Part shown: positions 40,588 through 42,754 of the stretch, piece by piece
Layout: every line of letters begins with the position of its first letter
Position numbering within the stretch: the stretch's first letter is position 1
DNA from: Candidatus Methanoxibalbensis ujae
GTDB lineage: Archaea > Halobacteriota > Syntropharchaeia > Alkanophagales > Methanospirareceae
NCBI GenBank assembly: GCA_026134085.1
Contig: JAOQIN010000012.1
Span: forward strand, 1 to 42,754
Direction of reading: 5' to 3'
DNA: 42,754 nt
Translations under genes and position numbers: made by a program
Notes under the pieces: generated by a model
What the model saw: only the letters and a program-made list of their open reading frames with translations
The model's database searches: none
What the model was told of the DNA's origin: nothing

Positions 40588-40651
40588 TCATCCTTTTGCA
40601 CCTCCTCCATTCTCCTTCTCAAACAACCTGTCCACTTTTTATTTTCCCTAT
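40588..40651 (-). pseudogene. Possible last ~20 codons of an integron-integrase-like recombinase
   Basis: ATA GGG AAA ATA AAA AGT / G GAC AGG TTG TTT...TGA reads IGKIKS-(PL deleted)-DRLFEKENGGGAKG*, resembling the IxSPLD C-terminal motif; lies directly upstream of the attI-like site. Confidence 0.45.
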
Positions 40652-40752
40652 AAGGTGTATTATCTGATTTTTAGAGCGGGAAACTAATATATATACATAT
40701 TGCTTATTTAAATAAATTTAAAAAACAAAGCAATTGGTCCGGGGTGCACTCT

Positions 40753-41018
40753 TATTAGTATACAACAAGAAACAGTATGTGCCCACCACCTCTCACTGAG
40801 GGGCATCCAGTGAGGCTCATCGGTGCTTCATCGGGGAGACTTGCCTCAGCCTTCCCAGATTAAAAGAGATGCTGGCAGAGGAGGAATGGAAGGATGTAGA
40901 TTGACGATGGTTTTGGAAGAGGTTATCTCATACAGTGATGCTCCACATCAAGGGCTGAATGGTCTATCTCCAAATGTAAAAGGAGGCTGATGTGTGTGGC
41001 ATCTGGTTGACTATAATA
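40753..41018. mobile_element. Possible MITE/IS remnant
   Basis: Imperfect inverted ends TATTAGTATACAACAAGA and TCTGGTTGACTATAATA; internal hairpin CTCACTG..CAGTGAG. Confidence 0.25.
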
Positions 41019-41278
41019 CAGTCTGACAATTTTTCTTCATCTCAATTTCGTCCACATTTACCCCTGATTTTGATTAGAAATTATCGTATTTGACCGAGAA
41101 CCTATACTTTTTTAATCTGCTCTGTACCATGAGGATATCGCTCGCAAATCTCAAGTGCTTCTTTTAACACGCTCATCGCCTTGCTGCATTCCTTGCTGTA
41201 TTCCTGAATCCCGCTATATAAAATCCCCGTAAGGCATCTCGCCTGCTCTATCTCTCCGGGTATTGCTTCAAGCATCCA

Positions 41279-42312
41279 TAGTGCATTGACAACTTAATTT
41301 GCTTATATTAGAAAAAGAGAAGCACATAAACATTGTATGCCTGCAAAAAGTATCATGTTTACTTGAGAGATGAGGAAAGAGAATATCCTGAAAGAGTCAG
41401 CACTGGAACTAACAAAGCCCGAATAACCAAAGAATTCTGCTGCTTGCAGATGCAAAGGACAGGGAAAAACAATCAAGCTTTAGGAGTTTGCATGGTAGCA
41501 AAGACAGGAGAACGCTTCGTTGAGGACGGATCAGGAGCATTGAACGAGACATCCCGGCAAAAAACCAACAGGAAGAGATGAGGTAATGCTGACAGCAATT
41601 GCATTCAGAGACCCCCGGAAGGTGAACTATAAGTTGGAAGATAAACCCGGAACCCGGAATTGTTGATTCAATATCAAGGGAAACGGTAAGAAAAACATTA
41701 AAAAACGAAATTAAGCCATGGCTAAGGAAACATGGCTAAGGAAACAGTTGTGGAGAAAATGTGAGTTTATTGCAAGGATTGAGGATATATATGAGAACTA
41801 CGATCAAAAGAAACCTTATGCGTTGATGAAAGACCCTTCAAGTGGAAGATTTTATTCAACCAATTCCAGTGAAAAAAAGGATTTCCAGAGAGACAAGATT
41901 ACCAAGCGGAGAGGAGTATGCTGTCATTGCTTTCTGATAGGATGGCGTTATAAGGGAGAGAAGAACTAAATATTATGCAGAATTCATGAAAAATGTTGCA
42001 GATAGATCTGAAATCATAAGGGTTGTTCAGGATCTCAACACTCACACCCATGCTTCCTTTTACGAGAGGAACCAGAAGAGGCAGGATACCTGTGTAAGAA
42101 GATTGAATTCCATTACACCCCAAAGAAGCTGGTTGAACTTGGCAGAGATTCTCAGCATGTCTGGATCGCAGGACAGGAGATACGGGAATCCTTGAACGTG
42201 AGATAAAAGCTTAGAAGATCGGAATGCAAAAAGGGTTAAGGTTAAGTGGTGCTTCACAACCGGAGATGTAATAGAGAAGCCGAGAAGGCATTATTCTAAA
42301 ACCAGTGCACTA
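41279..42312 (+). mobile_element. IS630-family element with pseudogenised transposase
   Basis: KKYHVYLRDEER, EFIARIEDIY, CVDERP, IRVVQDLNTH..ASFYE, EFHYT..SWLNLAEI and VKWCFTT; terminal IRs TAGTGCATTG and CAGTGCACTA with TA ends. Confidence 0.88.
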
Positions 42313-42451
42313 GTTTTTCTCTTTCCTCTGTTTTCCTTCACTTTTTATATTCTTCTCCATTTGGCATTTCTACTTCTCACTCAATTACAATAAAAAGAAA
42401 GAAAAAAAGAGAAAAAACAAATAAAGTAGTTATCCCCTCATTTTTTTATAG

Positions 42452-42754
42452 TTATACTCTTCTTATACATATCACAGCGATTACCGAAAGCAATCCTGCT
42501 AGCGCTATCAATCCGATTGGTGTCAGTGCTGGAACTGCTGGTGGCGGAGTTGGTCTTGGTGGAGGAGCTGCCTTTTGCAAGGTAAGCAGAGCCCACTCTG
42601 TGCACAGGATTGGGTCTCCCCACAAGCAACCTGTCCAGGATCCATTATCGTTTTGCTGAGCTACTATGGCGTCCTCAAATTCAGCTTGCCAGTCATATCC
42701 GCATATATCATGGATATCAAGCGATGTGAGCCCCTTCATCGTGGTATACATTGC
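42452..42754 (-). CDS. C-terminal part (runs off the window) of a surface protein with a prenyltransferase-like QxxxGSW repeat and a VPxxxP-type sorting tail
   Basis: QQNDNGSW..TEWALLTL, a Pro-rich linker and VPALTPIGLIALAGLLSVIAVICIRRV. Confidence 0.75.
   Translation of the reverse strand, partial: AMYTTMKGLTSLDIHDICGYDWQAEFEDAIVAQQNDNGSWTGCLWGDPILCTEWALLTLQKAAPPPRPTPPPAVPALTPIGLIALAGLLSVIAVICIRRV

Noticed and set aside
40407..40622. 71-aa ORF upstream of cmr1 as a seventh cas gene
   Set aside because: Runs through the attI-like repeats and has no Cas motif

Overview
Archaeal window. Solo cfbD (F430 biosynthesis), gatE, cbf5, rpp30, arcS and VPxxxP-type C-terminal anchors suggest a methane/alkane-metabolising Methanosarcinia-related lineage such as ANME-1; this is inference. 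Intact housekeeping genes (cfbD, tRNA-Pro, truA, FrhB-family, cbf5, purM, gatA, mre11, rpp30, gatE, Nudix, arcS) alternate with heavily decayed accessory DNA: four IS630 relics, a tyrosine-recombinase relic, a broken ABC ATPase and a wrecked type I-B cas4-cas1-cas2 module. A CRISPR array of 34 conserved repeats plus one degenerate repeat is intact. Main result: the AT-rich block 31.3-40.7 kb is built like an integron read on the minus strand. In order it holds a tiny relic of an integrase C-terminus, an attI-like site and three cassettes, each closed by an attC-like hairpin. The first cassette is the complete 7.3 kb six-gene type III-C CRISPR effector operon (cmr1-cmr6-cas10-cmr4-cmr5-cmr3); an Mrr-like nuclease cassette and a membrane-protein cassette follow. 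The two ends of each cassette are complementary to each other, as expected for cassettes that excise as circles. All calls were made by eye; no database searches were run.
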